DNA of 64,000 bases from Candidatus Omnitrophota bacterium (GTDB lineage: Bacteria > Omnitrophota > Gorgyraeia > Zapsychrales > Zapsychraceae): positions 157-64,156 of the forward strand of contig JAJDCA010000066.1 of NCBI GenBank assembly GCA_029261055.1. The letters run 5' to 3'. The notes beneath the pieces are model-generated. The model saw nothing but the letters and a program-made list of their open reading frames with translations, had not been told where the DNA came from and made no database searches. The number at the start of each line of letters is the position of its first letter. Within the stretch, counting starts at the first letter, position 1. Below are positions 29,913 through 39,167 of the stretch, piece by piece. Position numbers and translations under genes: made by a program.

Positions 29913-31286
29913 ATGACAAAATTTTGGGGAAGTCGATTTGCTAAGAAAACAGATAGCCTCGCTGATCAATTTAGCTTTAGTATCAGCTATGATTATCGTT
30001 TAGCTATATATGATGTCCTGGGTAGCATTGCTCATGCCAATATGCTTGGCAAATGCAAAATCATCAGTAAAAAAGATGCTTCTGAAATTGTTTCAGGTTT
30101 GAAGAAAATAGGGAAGCAATTGGAAGAAGAGACCTTCAAATTTGATACTAAAGCCGAAGATATTCATACCAACATTCAATCAGCACTTAAAAAATTAATA
30201 GGGCCAGCGGCTGATAAACTGCATACGGCACGTTCCCGCAATGATCTTATTGCACTGGACATGAAATTATATTGTCTCGTCGAATTGACGATGATTATGG
30301 ATTTGATAGCTAAACTACAAAAATCTATCATCAAATTTGCGGATAAACATCAAGATGTTATTGTCCCGGCCTATACGCACCTTCAAGCCGCCCAAGTGGT
30401 TTTATTATCCCATCATATGCTGGCTTATGTCGAAATGCTTGACCGTGACAAAAATCGTTTGATGGATACACTCAACCGCACAGATGTTATGCCCTTGGGA
30501 AGTTGCGCCTTATCCGGAACATCGCTTGAAACGGACCGTGACTTTGTGACCAAAGAATTAGGCTTTTTAGCGACAACCCAAAATAGCATCGATTCTGTCA
30601 GCGACCGCGACTTTATTATTGAATCCTTATCGAATTTGGCAATGCTTGGCATACACGCGTCCCGTATCTCAGAAGATTTTATTATCTGGGCGACAAGTGA
30701 ATTTAATTTTATCAATATCGACTGGTCCTTATGTACAGGGTCATCCATAATGCCGCACAAAAAGAATCCGGATATTTTAGAATTAGTCCGTGGAGAGACG
30801 GCCAAGCTCTGCAGCAATTTAAATGAAATATTAATTTTGATGAAAGGTCTACCGTTGACATATAACCGTGATATGCAACTGGACAAACCGCCACTTTTTG
30901 AATCTGTGGAAAAATCAAAAGAGATATTACAACTATTGTCGTCATTGTTTACAGGACTTAAGGTCAATAAAAAAGTCCTCAAAGAACGTATCAACGATGA
31001 ATCATTTTTTTCTGTCGACATTATGGAATACTTAATCAAAAAAGGTATTTCTTACCGCGAAGCGCATGATATCGTTGGAACAATGATCAAAGAATGCGTT
31101 GATAAAGGAAACAAAATTGCAGACTTAAGCAAAGAAGAATTAAAAAAGTATTGCCCAAAGTTCGATACTGATGTAAAAGAACTGCTTAATCCGGAGACGT
31201 CAGTAAAAATGAAAAAATCTCTCGGGTCAACGAATCCTCAAATGGTTAAAAAACAGATTGAGGGATGGAAGAAAAAATTGTTGTAA
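29913..31286 (+). CDS. argH: argininosuccinate lyase
   Basis: HTARSRND, TGSSIMPHKKNPD, YNRDMQ. Confidence 0.97.
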   Translation: MTKFWGSRFAKKTDSLADQFSFSISYDYRLAIYDVLGSIAHANMLGKCKIISKKDASEIVSGLKKIGKQLEEETFKFDTKAEDIHTNIQSALKKLIGPAADKLHTARSRNDLIALDMKLYCLVELTMIMDLIAKLQKSIIKFADKHQDVIVPAYTHLQAAQVVLLSHHMLAYVEMLDRDKNRLMDTLNRTDVMPLGSCALSGTSLETDRDFVTKELGFLATTQNSIDSVSDRDFIIESLSNLAMLGIHASRISEDFIIWATSEFNFINIDWSLCTGSSIMPHKKNPDILELVRGETAKLCSNLNEILILMKGLPLTYNRDMQLDKPPLFESVEKSKEILQLLSSLFTGLKVNKKVLKERINDESFFSVDIMEYLIKKGISYREAHDIVGTMIKECVDKGNKIADLSKEELKKYCPKFDTDVKELLNPETSVKMKKSLGSTNPQMVKKQIEGWKKKLL

Positions 31287-31316
31287 CAATGGTAAGATGT
31301 AAGCGAGGCTAAATTA

Positions 31317-32573
31317 ATGCACGATTTTAAATTTAAAAATAATGAATTACATTGCGAATCGGTTAAGGTAAGCACGATTGCTAAAAAGGTGGGGACGCCA
31401 TTTTATCTTTATAGTCACCATACGCTTGTCGATCATTTTACAAAAATTCAAAAAGCTTTTAAGAAAATTGATCCGATAATCTGCTTTGCCATGAAAGCTA
31501 ATGATAATTTAGCGGTGCTTAAAACCTTGGCAGATGAGGGAGCAGGTTTTGATATTGTTTCTGTAGGTGAACTAAAAAAGGTAAAAAAAGTCGGGGCCGA
31601 TCCGAAAAAAATCGTATTTGCTTCTGTTGGCAAAACCGAAGAAGAAATAACAGCGGCGATCAAAGCTGGCATCTTATTTTTTAATGTCGAATCTCTGCCG
31701 GAACTGGAAGAAATCAATGCCATTGCAAAAAAATTAAAAAAGAAAACACAAATTGCTTTGCGTATCAATCCGGATGTGGAAGCTGCGACTCATGCCAAAA
31801 TTACAACAGGGACATTAAGAAATAAATTTGGTATTGATTTACAAACAGCGCGTCACATTTTAAACGAACAAAAGAAATATCCGTTCCTTAAAATCAATGG
31901 ACTACATGTACACATCGGTTCACAAATCACAAGTAGCGCTCCTTTTATTCATGCAATTAAAAAAGTCATCGACTTCATTGGTGTTTTACAAAAAGAAGGT
32001 ATTCCGTTAGAATATCTCGATATTGGCGGCGGCTTAGGGATTGTTTATCATGATGAAAAACCCCAAACGGCACAAGATTTTGCCAATGCTATTTTACCGT
32101 ATCTTGAAAAAACTGGCCTGAAGATTGTGATGGAACCCGGACGATTTATTGCTGGAAACGCCGGAATTTTTGTCACACAAGTTTTGTATCTTAAAGATAA
32201 TGGTTTTAAAAAATTTCTGATTGTTGATGGTGGCATGAATGATTTACTACGGCCTTCTCTATATGATGCCTACCATGACGTTGTGGCATTAAAAAAATCG
32301 AATGCCAAAAAAGTAAAGATGGACATTGTAGGCCCCATTTGCGAAAGCGGTGATTTTTTTGCTAAAGACCGTATTTTTCCACAGTTAAAAAAAGGCGATC
32401 TGATCGCCGTTATGAGCACCGGTGCCTACGGTTATGTTATGGCGAGTAATTACAATGTTCGAGGACGTCCTCCGGAAGTCATGGTTCGTGGGAATAAATA
32501 TGCAATAACTAAAAAACGTGAAACCTTTCAAGATTTGATGCGTGGCGAATGTATACCAGAATTTCTAAAATAA
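31317..32573 (+). CDS. lysA: diaminopimelate decarboxylase
   Basis: AMKAN, HIGSQ, DIGGG, EPGRF, GPICESGD. Confidence 0.96.
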   Translation: MHDFKFKNNELHCESVKVSTIAKKVGTPFYLYSHHTLVDHFTKIQKAFKKIDPIICFAMKANDNLAVLKTLADEGAGFDIVSVGELKKVKKVGADPKKIVFASVGKTEEEITAAIKAGILFFNVESLPELEEINAIAKKLKKKTQIALRINPDVEAATHAKITTGTLRNKFGIDLQTARHILNEQKKYPFLKINGLHVHIGSQITSSAPFIHAIKKVIDFIGVLQKEGIPLEYLDIGGGLGIVYHDEKPQTAQDFANAILPYLEKTGLKIVMEPGRFIAGNAGIFVTQVLYLKDNGFKKFLIVDGGMNDLLRPSLYDAYHDVVALKKSNAKKVKMDIVGPICESGDFFAKDRIFPQLKKGDLIAVMSTGAYGYVMASNYNVRGRPPEVMVRGNKYAITKKRETFQDLMRGECIPEFLK

Positions 32574-33397
32574 AAAAAATCCCTTTCACAAAAATGGCCG
32601 GAGCCGGAAATGATTTTATTATCGTTGAAGCCCCTGTTGAAGGTGTTCGTTTAAAACGATTAGCAATCCAGGTCTGTGACCGAACCAATGGTATTGGGGC
32701 TGATGGGCTGCTCGTTTTAGATAAATCTAAAAAAGCGGATTACAAAATGCGCATTATCAATGCGGATGGGTCTATAGCAGAAATGTGTGGTAACGGCGCT
32801 CGTTGTATGGCTTCTTACATTGCTCAATATAAAAAACCAAAAAAGAAATTATTTAATATGGAAACATTAGCTGGACTCGTATTAGGAGAAGCCGCAGGTG
32901 AAATTGCCAATGTTCGCTTAAGTAATCCCGTCAATTATAAACCGGATATTCCTATTGTCCTTATGGGCCGAAAAATTTCGGTGCATTATATTAATACTGG
33001 TGTACCTCATACAATTGTGTATGTTGACGACCTTGCGAATATTGACGTAGCTAAAATTGGCCACATTATCCGCCACCATGATGAATTTGAACCGAGAGGA
33101 TGTAATGTCAATTTTGTGGAACAAATTAATCAAAACACCGTAAGCGCGCGCACTTATGAACGTGGTGTTGAAGATGAAACCAAGGCATGTGGGACAGGTA
33201 GTGTCGCGGCAGCTATTATTTCTTATTTAAAGGCAAACTTAATCGTCGTTAATAAATCAAATGCCCGAATGAAAGTAAAAACAACCGGGGGCGAAACCCT
33301 GGAAGTAACATTCGATGTCAAAGAAGGTAAAATTTCCAATGTGTGGTTAAAAGGCAGTGCTAAATTTATCGCCAGTGGAAAATTTTATTTTAAATAG
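32549..33397 (+). CDS. dapF: diaminopimelate epimerase (start codon uncertain)
   Basis: FTKM.G.GNDF, EMCGNG.RC, ERGVE.ET.ACGTG. Confidence 0.95.
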   Translation: MYTRISKIKKIPFTKMAGAGNDFIIVEAPVEGVRLKRLAIQVCDRTNGIGADGLLVLDKSKKADYKMRIINADGSIAEMCGNGARCMASYIAQYKKPKKKLFNMETLAGLVLGEAAGEIANVRLSNPVNYKPDIPIVLMGRKISVHYINTGVPHTIVYVDDLANIDVAKIGHIIRHHDEFEPRGCNVNFVEQINQNTVSARTYERGVEDETKACGTGSVAAAIISYLKANLIVVNKSNARMKVKTTGGETLEVTFDVKEGKISNVWLKGSAKFIASGKFYFK

Positions 33398-33412
33398 AGA
33401 AAGGATTCAAAC

Positions 33413-34318
33413 ATGTTAAAAGGATCTATTGTTGCGCTTGTGACCCCATTTAAAAACGGACAAGTCGATCAAGACAAACTTAAAGAATTAGTAGAATTTC
33501 AAATTAAAAATGGCACAAACGGTATTCTTCCGTGTGGAACAACCGGAGAATCACCGACATTGTCACACGATGAGCATAATCTAGTTGTAGAAACCTGTAT
33601 TCAAGCCGCTAATGGTCGTGTGCCTGTTATGGCCGGAACCGGATCAAATTCAACCTCAGAAGCCGTGGCTTTAACTAAACATGCAGCCGAGGCAGGCGCA
33701 GATGCAGCCCTTATTGTTTCCCCTTATTATAATAAGCCAACACAAAAAGGACTTTATTTACATTTCAAAGAAATTGCCGATAATGTCGACATTCCTATTA
33801 TTCTCTATAATATTGCCGGACGTACCGCTGTCAACATCGAACCAGACACCATCGCCAAACTAGCCAAAGATTGTAAAAATATTATAGGCGTTAAAGAAGC
33901 CTCAGGTTCTTTAGGACAAATGCAGGCGATCAAGCAATTATGTCCTGATAGTTTTTTAATGTTTTCAGGCGATGACAATTTAACCTTGCCTGTGCTGAGC
34001 ATCGGGGGCGTCGGCGTTATTTCTGTATTAGCTAATATTGTGCCAGCTGATATTGCCAAAGTGATTGAATATTATAACAATGGCCAAATAAAAGAAGCAC
34101 AAACACTACATTACAAACTTTTACCATTAGTCAAAGCGATGTTTGTAGAAACTAATCCTACTCCTGTTAAAAAAGCGATGGAATTGCTAGGCCTTTGCTC
34201 AGCTGAACTACGACTTCCTTTATGTGCTATGGCAGAAGAAAATGTAGCAACAGTAAAAGCCGCTTTAAAAGATTACGGTTTGAATTCTTCTAACGTGATG
34301 GTGAAGGAGGCCGCATGA
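33413..34318 (+). CDS. dapA: 4-hydroxy-tetrahydrodipicolinate synthase
   Basis: GTTGES, PYYNKP, YNI.GRT, GVKEASG. Confidence 0.97.
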   Translation: MLKGSIVALVTPFKNGQVDQDKLKELVEFQIKNGTNGILPCGTTGESPTLSHDEHNLVVETCIQAANGRVPVMAGTGSNSTSEAVALTKHAAEAGADAALIVSPYYNKPTQKGLYLHFKEIADNVDIPIILYNIAGRTAVNIEPDTIAKLAKDCKNIIGVKEASGSLGQMQAIKQLCPDSFLMFSGDDNLTLPVLSIGGVGVISVLANIVPADIAKVIEYYNNGQIKEAQTLHYKLLPLVKAMFVETNPTPVKKAMELLGLCSAELRLPLCAMAEENVATVKAALKDYGLNSSNVMVKEAA

Positions 34319-35037
34319 TAAAATTAGGCGTTAGCGGGTGTCAAGGGAGGATGGGGCAAAGTATTCGTCGATTAGCCCTTGAAGATAAAGCCTTTGAATT
34401 AACAACCCTCTTAGAACATAAAGCTCACCCAAAAGCGAATGAAACAGTTCATAATATTGCTATTAGCACGGATAATGCTTCTTTAAACAAAGACACAGAC
34501 GTTCTTATTGAATTTACATTACCGGAAGGGACCATCGAGAATCTGAAAGCTTGTGTTCAATATGGTGTCAAGATGGTGATTGGTACAACAGGATTTACAC
34601 CGGAACAAATCAAAGCCATTGAAGACGCTTCTAAAAAAATTCCGATCGTATTTGCTTCTAATATGTCTGTTGGAGTAAATATCTTATTTAAATTAACACA
34701 AATGGTAGCTGAAAAAACTGGTGAATCATATTCCATTAATATGACAGAAGCTCATCATATCCACAAAAAAGATGCGCCATCAGGCACAGCAAAAACTTTA
34801 GCAGAAATCGCTGAGGCTTCATCCGGACAGAAGGTTGAAAACATTGATTCAATCCGTGAAGGAGAAATTATCGGGGATCATGACGTCGTTTTTGAAAGTG
34901 CCGAGGATATTATTAAAATTTCTCATCACGCCAAAAACCGGGACATTTTTGCCAAAGGAGCGCTTGTTGCCGCAAAATTCCTAGCCAATAAAGAAAAAGG
35001 CTTGTTCAACATGCAGGATGTATTAGGATTAAATTAG
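34315..35037 (+). CDS. dapB: 4-hydroxy-tetrahydrodipicolinate reductase
   Basis: G..GRMG, GTTG, EAHHIHKKDAPSGTA. Confidence 0.96.
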   Translation: MIKLGVSGCQGRMGQSIRRLALEDKAFELTTLLEHKAHPKANETVHNIAISTDNASLNKDTDVLIEFTLPEGTIENLKACVQYGVKMVIGTTGFTPEQIKAIEDASKKIPIVFASNMSVGVNILFKLTQMVAEKTGESYSINMTEAHHIHKKDAPSGTAKTLAEIAEASSGQKVENIDSIREGEIIGDHDVVFESAEDIIKISHHAKNRDIFAKGALVAAKFLANKEKGLFNMQDVLGLN

Positions 35038-35040
35038 GCC

Positions 35041-35102
35041 GCTTTCAGCCATCAGTCATCAGTAAAAAAATACTGAAGTCTGATAGCTGACGACTGATGA
35101 CT
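35041..35102. repeat. intergenic 7-mer-repeat hairpin (family A)
   Basis: CTTTCAG CCATCAG TCATCAG ... ACTGAAG TCTGATA GCTGACG ACTGATG. Confidence 0.75.
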
Positions 35103-35125
35103 ATTAAGAAAGGATTCAAAGATCT

Positions 35126-36292
35126 ATGTCAATTTCCATCGAATTTTCCGAACGATTAAAAAATTTACCACCATACCTTTTTGTTGCCATCGATAAAGCC
35201 AAAAGAGCTGCTATGGCTGAAGGACGGGATGTTATTAATCTTGGTATCGGTGATCCGGATTCTGGAACCCCACAACATATTATTGATGCCCTTAAACAAG
35301 CGGTTGAAGATTCAGCGAATCATCATTATGCTTTGGATTCTGGCTTACCAGAATTAAGAAAAGAAATTGCTATCTGGTTTCAAAACCGCTTTCAAGTATC
35401 TCTGGATATTGATTCAGAAATATATCCTCTCATCGGAACTAAGGAAGGGTTGGCCCATTTACCTTTAGGCATTATTAACCCTAAAGACAAAGTGCTTCTT
35501 ACAGATCCAGCTTACCCAGCATACCGGCCTTCCATTGAATTTGCCGGAGGAAAAATCGTTAATATCCCTTTAAAAGCTAATCGTGGATTTTTACCAGATC
35601 TAGAAAAGATTGAAAAAATGAGGGATGTTAAAATGTTGGTGATTAACTACCCCAACAATCCAACCGCCACAACAGCAACCAAAGAATTCTACACAGACTT
35701 AGTAAAACTCGCTCAAGAAAAAGAATTTATCATTGTCTCAGATATGGCCTATTCAGAAGTTTATTACGATGGAGAAAAACCTCTTAGCATCCTGGAAATT
35801 GATGGGGCAAAGGATGTTGCCATAGAATTTCATTCTTTATCTAAGACATATTACATGACTGGCTGGCGTATTGGATGGGCTTGTGGTAATCCAACGCTTG
35901 TGGCAGCTCTGGCTAAAGTCAAATCAAACTTTGATTCTGGTATTTTTCAAGCAATTCAAGTGGCTGGTATTGCAGCCTTAAAAAGTGATCCTCAAATCAC
36001 TGAAGACATGCGCACACTTTATCAAGATAGACGCGATTATCTTGTAAATGGACTAAGAGGCATCGGGTGGAAAGTGCCCGCACCTCAAGCCGCTTTCTAT
36101 GTTTGGGCTAAAATTCCAAAAGGATTTTCCAGCTCTATGGAAACCTCAAAAGCATTTTTGGACAAAGCCGATATCGTGGCTACCCCTGGAAATGGATTTG
36201 GAGAGGCAGGGGAGGGTTACATTCGCATGGCGCTTACTGTTTCAAAAGACCGAATTAATGAAGCCGTAGAAAGATTACGAAAGGTTTTGTAG
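35126..36292 (+). CDS. dapL: LL-diaminopimelate aminotransferase
   Basis: Class I PLP aminotransferase (LPPYLF, NYPNNPT, EFHSLSKTY.MTGWRIG) inside the dap cluster; no dapD/dapE in the window. Confidence 0.85.
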   Translation: MSISIEFSERLKNLPPYLFVAIDKAKRAAMAEGRDVINLGIGDPDSGTPQHIIDALKQAVEDSANHHYALDSGLPELRKEIAIWFQNRFQVSLDIDSEIYPLIGTKEGLAHLPLGIINPKDKVLLTDPAYPAYRPSIEFAGGKIVNIPLKANRGFLPDLEKIEKMRDVKMLVINYPNNPTATTATKEFYTDLVKLAQEKEFIIVSDMAYSEVYYDGEKPLSILEIDGAKDVAIEFHSLSKTYYMTGWRIGWACGNPTLVAALAKVKSNFDSGIFQAIQVAGIAALKSDPQITEDMRTLYQDRRDYLVNGLRGIGWKVPAPQAAFYVWAKIPKGFSSSMETSKAFLDKADIVATPGNGFGEAGEGYIRMALTVSKDRINEAVERLRKVL

Positions 36293-36293
36293 T

Positions 36294-36408
36294 CTATTTA
36301 AATATAGAAGCAAGATGCATAGAGGTAAGAGGCAGAGAATAAAAACATTAGTTAGCTTTATTTTTTGCTTTGCTTCTTGTGTCTCTATTTCTCTGCTTCT
36401 TTAAATAG
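36294..36408. repeat. intergenic hairpin, family B (opposite orientation to the 29791 copy)
   Basis: CTATTTAAA..AGAAGCAAG..AGAGGCAGAG ... CTCTGCTTCTTTAAATAG. Confidence 0.75.
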
Positions 36409-36420
36409 GAAGGAAAAGAT

Positions 36421-36852
36421 TTGGAAACCGTTTACCTTGGGTTGGGTTCCAATATGGGAAATCGTCAAGAAAACATCAAAAAATCCTTAGAACTTTTAGA
36501 AAACAATTTGATCAAAATTCTAAAATGCGCAACGATTATTGAAACCGATCCCGTAGGAGGACCTAAACAGGATAAATACCTCAACACAGTTGCCGAGGCT
36601 AAAACCTCATTGTCCCCACAAGATTTACTTACACAACTCCATCAAATCGAGAAACAACTCGGTCGTATTCGAACCATCAAAAATGGACCACGTCCTATTG
36701 ATATCGATATTCTTCTTTATGGAAATATAAATATACAAACACCTCAACTTACTATTCCACATCCGCGCATGCTGAAACGCGATTTTGTGATGATCCCACT
36801 TAAAGAAATTTCTCCTAAAACGGTAGAGGCATTGCTCCATGCGCGTCATTAA
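36421..36852 (+). CDS. folK: 2-amino-4-hydroxy-6-hydroxymethyldihydropteridine diphosphokinase
   Basis: YLGLGSNMG, GPRPIDIDIL, IPHPRM..RDFV..PL. Confidence 0.96.
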   Translation: METVYLGLGSNMGNRQENIKKSLELLENNLIKILKCATIIETDPVGGPKQDKYLNTVAEAKTSLSPQDLLTQLHQIEKQLGRIRTIKNGPRPIDIDILLYGNINIQTPQLTIPHPRMLKRDFVMIPLKEISPKTVEALLHARH

Positions 36853-37687
36853 ATCCATAAAATCAATCCGAACCTTCCTTAAAACGATAAAAATAAAAAA
36901 TAAAAGAATCGGCCTTGTCCCGACTATGGGAGCCCTTCATAAAGGACACCTTTCGCTTATACAAAAATCTCGACGAGAAAATGACATTATCATCTTAAGT
37001 ATTTTTGTAAACCCAAAACAATTCGGTCCAAAGGAGGATTTCACCCAATATCCTCGACAAGAAAAAAAAGATGAATTATTGGCAAAAAAAGAAAAAGTTG
37101 ATATAATATTTTATCCGTCGGTCGAGGAGCTTTATCCGAAGGATTATTTGACATACGTTTTTGTTGACGAATTAGGTGAAAAATTATGCGGCCAGTCACG
37201 ACCAAATCATTTTCAAGGCGTTACAACTATCGTCGCTAAACTTTTAAATATCATTACCCCTGATACATTGTATCTAGGGCAAAAAGATGCTCAGCAGGTC
37301 ATTATTATAAATAAAATGATCCAAAATTTAAATATTCCTGTAAAAGTAAAAACCTGTCCTATTATTCGAGAACCTGACGGACTTGCCATGAGTTCACGTA
37401 ATCGTTATCTTTCAAGCCGCCAACGAAAAGAAGCCCCAATCCTTTTTCAATCACTCAAATCAGCTAAAAAAAGAATTCAAAAAGGCGAACACAGAAGCGC
37501 AGCTTTGCTTCAAATGATCCAATCTAATATTGAAAGAAATAGTTCCGGCCGTATTGATTATCTTGAATGCGTAGACAATCAATCACTAAACCCTTTAAAA
37601 AAAATTACATCAAGTGGTATGATTGCTCTGGCTGTAAAATTTGGTTCTACACGACTCATAGATAACATTGAATTTAAAATAAAATGA
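36839..37687 (+). CDS. panC: pantoate-beta-alanine ligase
   Basis: VPTMGALHKGH, FVNP.QF, GQKDAQQ, DGLAMSSRN, RLIDN. Confidence 0.96.
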   Translation: MRVIKSIKSIRTFLKTIKIKNKRIGLVPTMGALHKGHLSLIQKSRRENDIIILSIFVNPKQFGPKEDFTQYPRQEKKDELLAKKEKVDIIFYPSVEELYPKDYLTYVFVDELGEKLCGQSRPNHFQGVTTIVAKLLNIITPDTLYLGQKDAQQVIIINKMIQNLNIPVKVKTCPIIREPDGLAMSSRNRYLSSRQRKEAPILFQSLKSAKKRIQKGEHRSAALLQMIQSNIERNSSGRIDYLECVDNQSLNPLKKITSSGMIALAVKFGSTRLIDNIEFKIK

Positions 37688-38514
37688 AATCAAGAAATTA
37701 CAAAGTTAAAATTGGTATTGTTGGCTGTGGCGCGATTGGATCCCGAATGGCACAAGCTATTCATCACGACTTTAAGGATGATTGCAAAATATCTGGACTC
37801 TACGACATCAATGCAAAAAAAACTGAAGAACTTGGTAAGAAACTATCCCTCAAAAAATCGCTCTACACTCTATCGCTCCCGGAACTGATAAAAACCTGTG
37901 ATTGTATGGTTGAAGCTATAAACGCAGAAAATACACTTGATATTATTCGTCAGGCATTGAAAGCCAAAAAAAGTGTCTTAGCTATGAGCGTAGGCAAACT
38001 TCTAAATGCTCAAGATTTATTTCAACTAGCCAGAAAAAACCGACGATATATTCTATTGCCTTCCGGAGCAATCGCCGGTATTGACGCTATAAAAGCTGCA
38101 AGCCTTGTTAATGTTAAGAAAATTACACTCACCTCAAGCAAGCCTCCTCAGGGGTTTAAAAATAATCCTTATTTCCTTGAAAAGAAAATTGATGTGTCTA
38201 AGATAAAGAGGAAGACAATACTATTTGAAGGAGATGTGAATACGGCTGTAAAACTTTTCCCGCAAAACATCAATGTTGCTGCAACTTTAGCGCTTGCTTG
38301 TCAAGTAAGGAAAAAAATACACATTCGTATTATCACTTCTCCTAAATATAAAACAAATTCGCATGAAATTGAAATGACAGGAGACTTTGGTAGCTTAATA
38401 ACAAAAACGGATAACGTTATTTGTCCCGACAACCCGAAATCAAGTTACCTAGCCGTGCTGTCAGGACTACAAACTTTAAAACAATATTGCACCGGTATAG
38501 TGATCGGAACATAA
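37684..38514 (+). CDS. nadX: L-aspartate dehydrogenase
   Basis: GCGAIG, SVG.L, PSGAIAGID, FPQNINVAA, NPKSS.LA..S. Confidence 0.9.
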   Translation: MKSRNYKVKIGIVGCGAIGSRMAQAIHHDFKDDCKISGLYDINAKKTEELGKKLSLKKSLYTLSLPELIKTCDCMVEAINAENTLDIIRQALKAKKSVLAMSVGKLLNAQDLFQLARKNRRYILLPSGAIAGIDAIKAASLVNVKKITLTSSKPPQGFKNNPYFLEKKIDVSKIKRKTILFEGDVNTAVKLFPQNINVAATLALACQVRKKIHIRIITSPKYKTNSHEIEMTGDFGSLITKTDNVICPDNPKSSYLAVLSGLQTLKQYCTGIVIGT

Positions 38515-38659
38515 ATACGCTTGTACAAAACTAAGTATTACCCTTTTTCTATCCAAGAAAATCGCCTACGGCGATAACCTGAAGCGATTTTTAATGCCGA
38601 TAGGAAAGTTTAATACTTTTTTATACGGAAAAAATTAATAAGAAAGGAGGAACACACAC

Positions 38660-39088
38660 ATGGCCAAGAAAGTTGCAAAAGTTGGTATAAAAAAAGAGAG
38701 TGGATATCTTTATTTTGTCGACAAAGCTGGTGATATTTCTTGTGCAAAGATGGCCCGTGGCAACAAAAAAGGGGGTAAACCCAAAAAAGTTGCAAAAGTC
38801 GGTATAGAAAAAGAATCAGGATTTCTTTACTTCATCGACAAAAACGGAGATATCTCCTGCGCTAAGATGGTTCGTGGTGGAAAGAAAAAGAAAGCCACTA
38901 AGAAAAAAGCCGCTAAGAAGACAACGAAGAAAAAAGTAGTTAAAAAAGCAACAAAGAAAACAGCAACAAAAAAAACAGCTACTAAGAAAAAAGCTGTCAA
39001 AAAAGCTGTAACAAAGAAAAAAGCAACAAAGAAAACAGCTACTAAAAAAAAAGCTACTAAGAAAAAAGCAACAAAAAAAAGAAAATAA
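38660..39088 (+). CDS. basic histone H1-like protein with a duplicated small N-terminal domain
   Basis: Strong SD AGGAGG; two copies of KKVAKVGI.KESG.LYF.DK.GDISCAKM.RG, then ~65 aa of KKATKK repeats. Confidence 0.85.
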   Translation: MAKKVAKVGIKKESGYLYFVDKAGDISCAKMARGNKKGGKPKKVAKVGIEKESGFLYFIDKNGDISCAKMVRGGKKKKATKKKAAKKTTKKKVVKKATKKTATKKTATKKKAVKKAVTKKKATKKTATKKKATKKKATKKRK

Positions 39089-39167
39089 ACCATTTCAAAC
39101 GGCCCTCGTATACTTCGATCTGTTCGACATGTGCCTGGGCCGTCTTGAAATAATGAAGAGATATACT

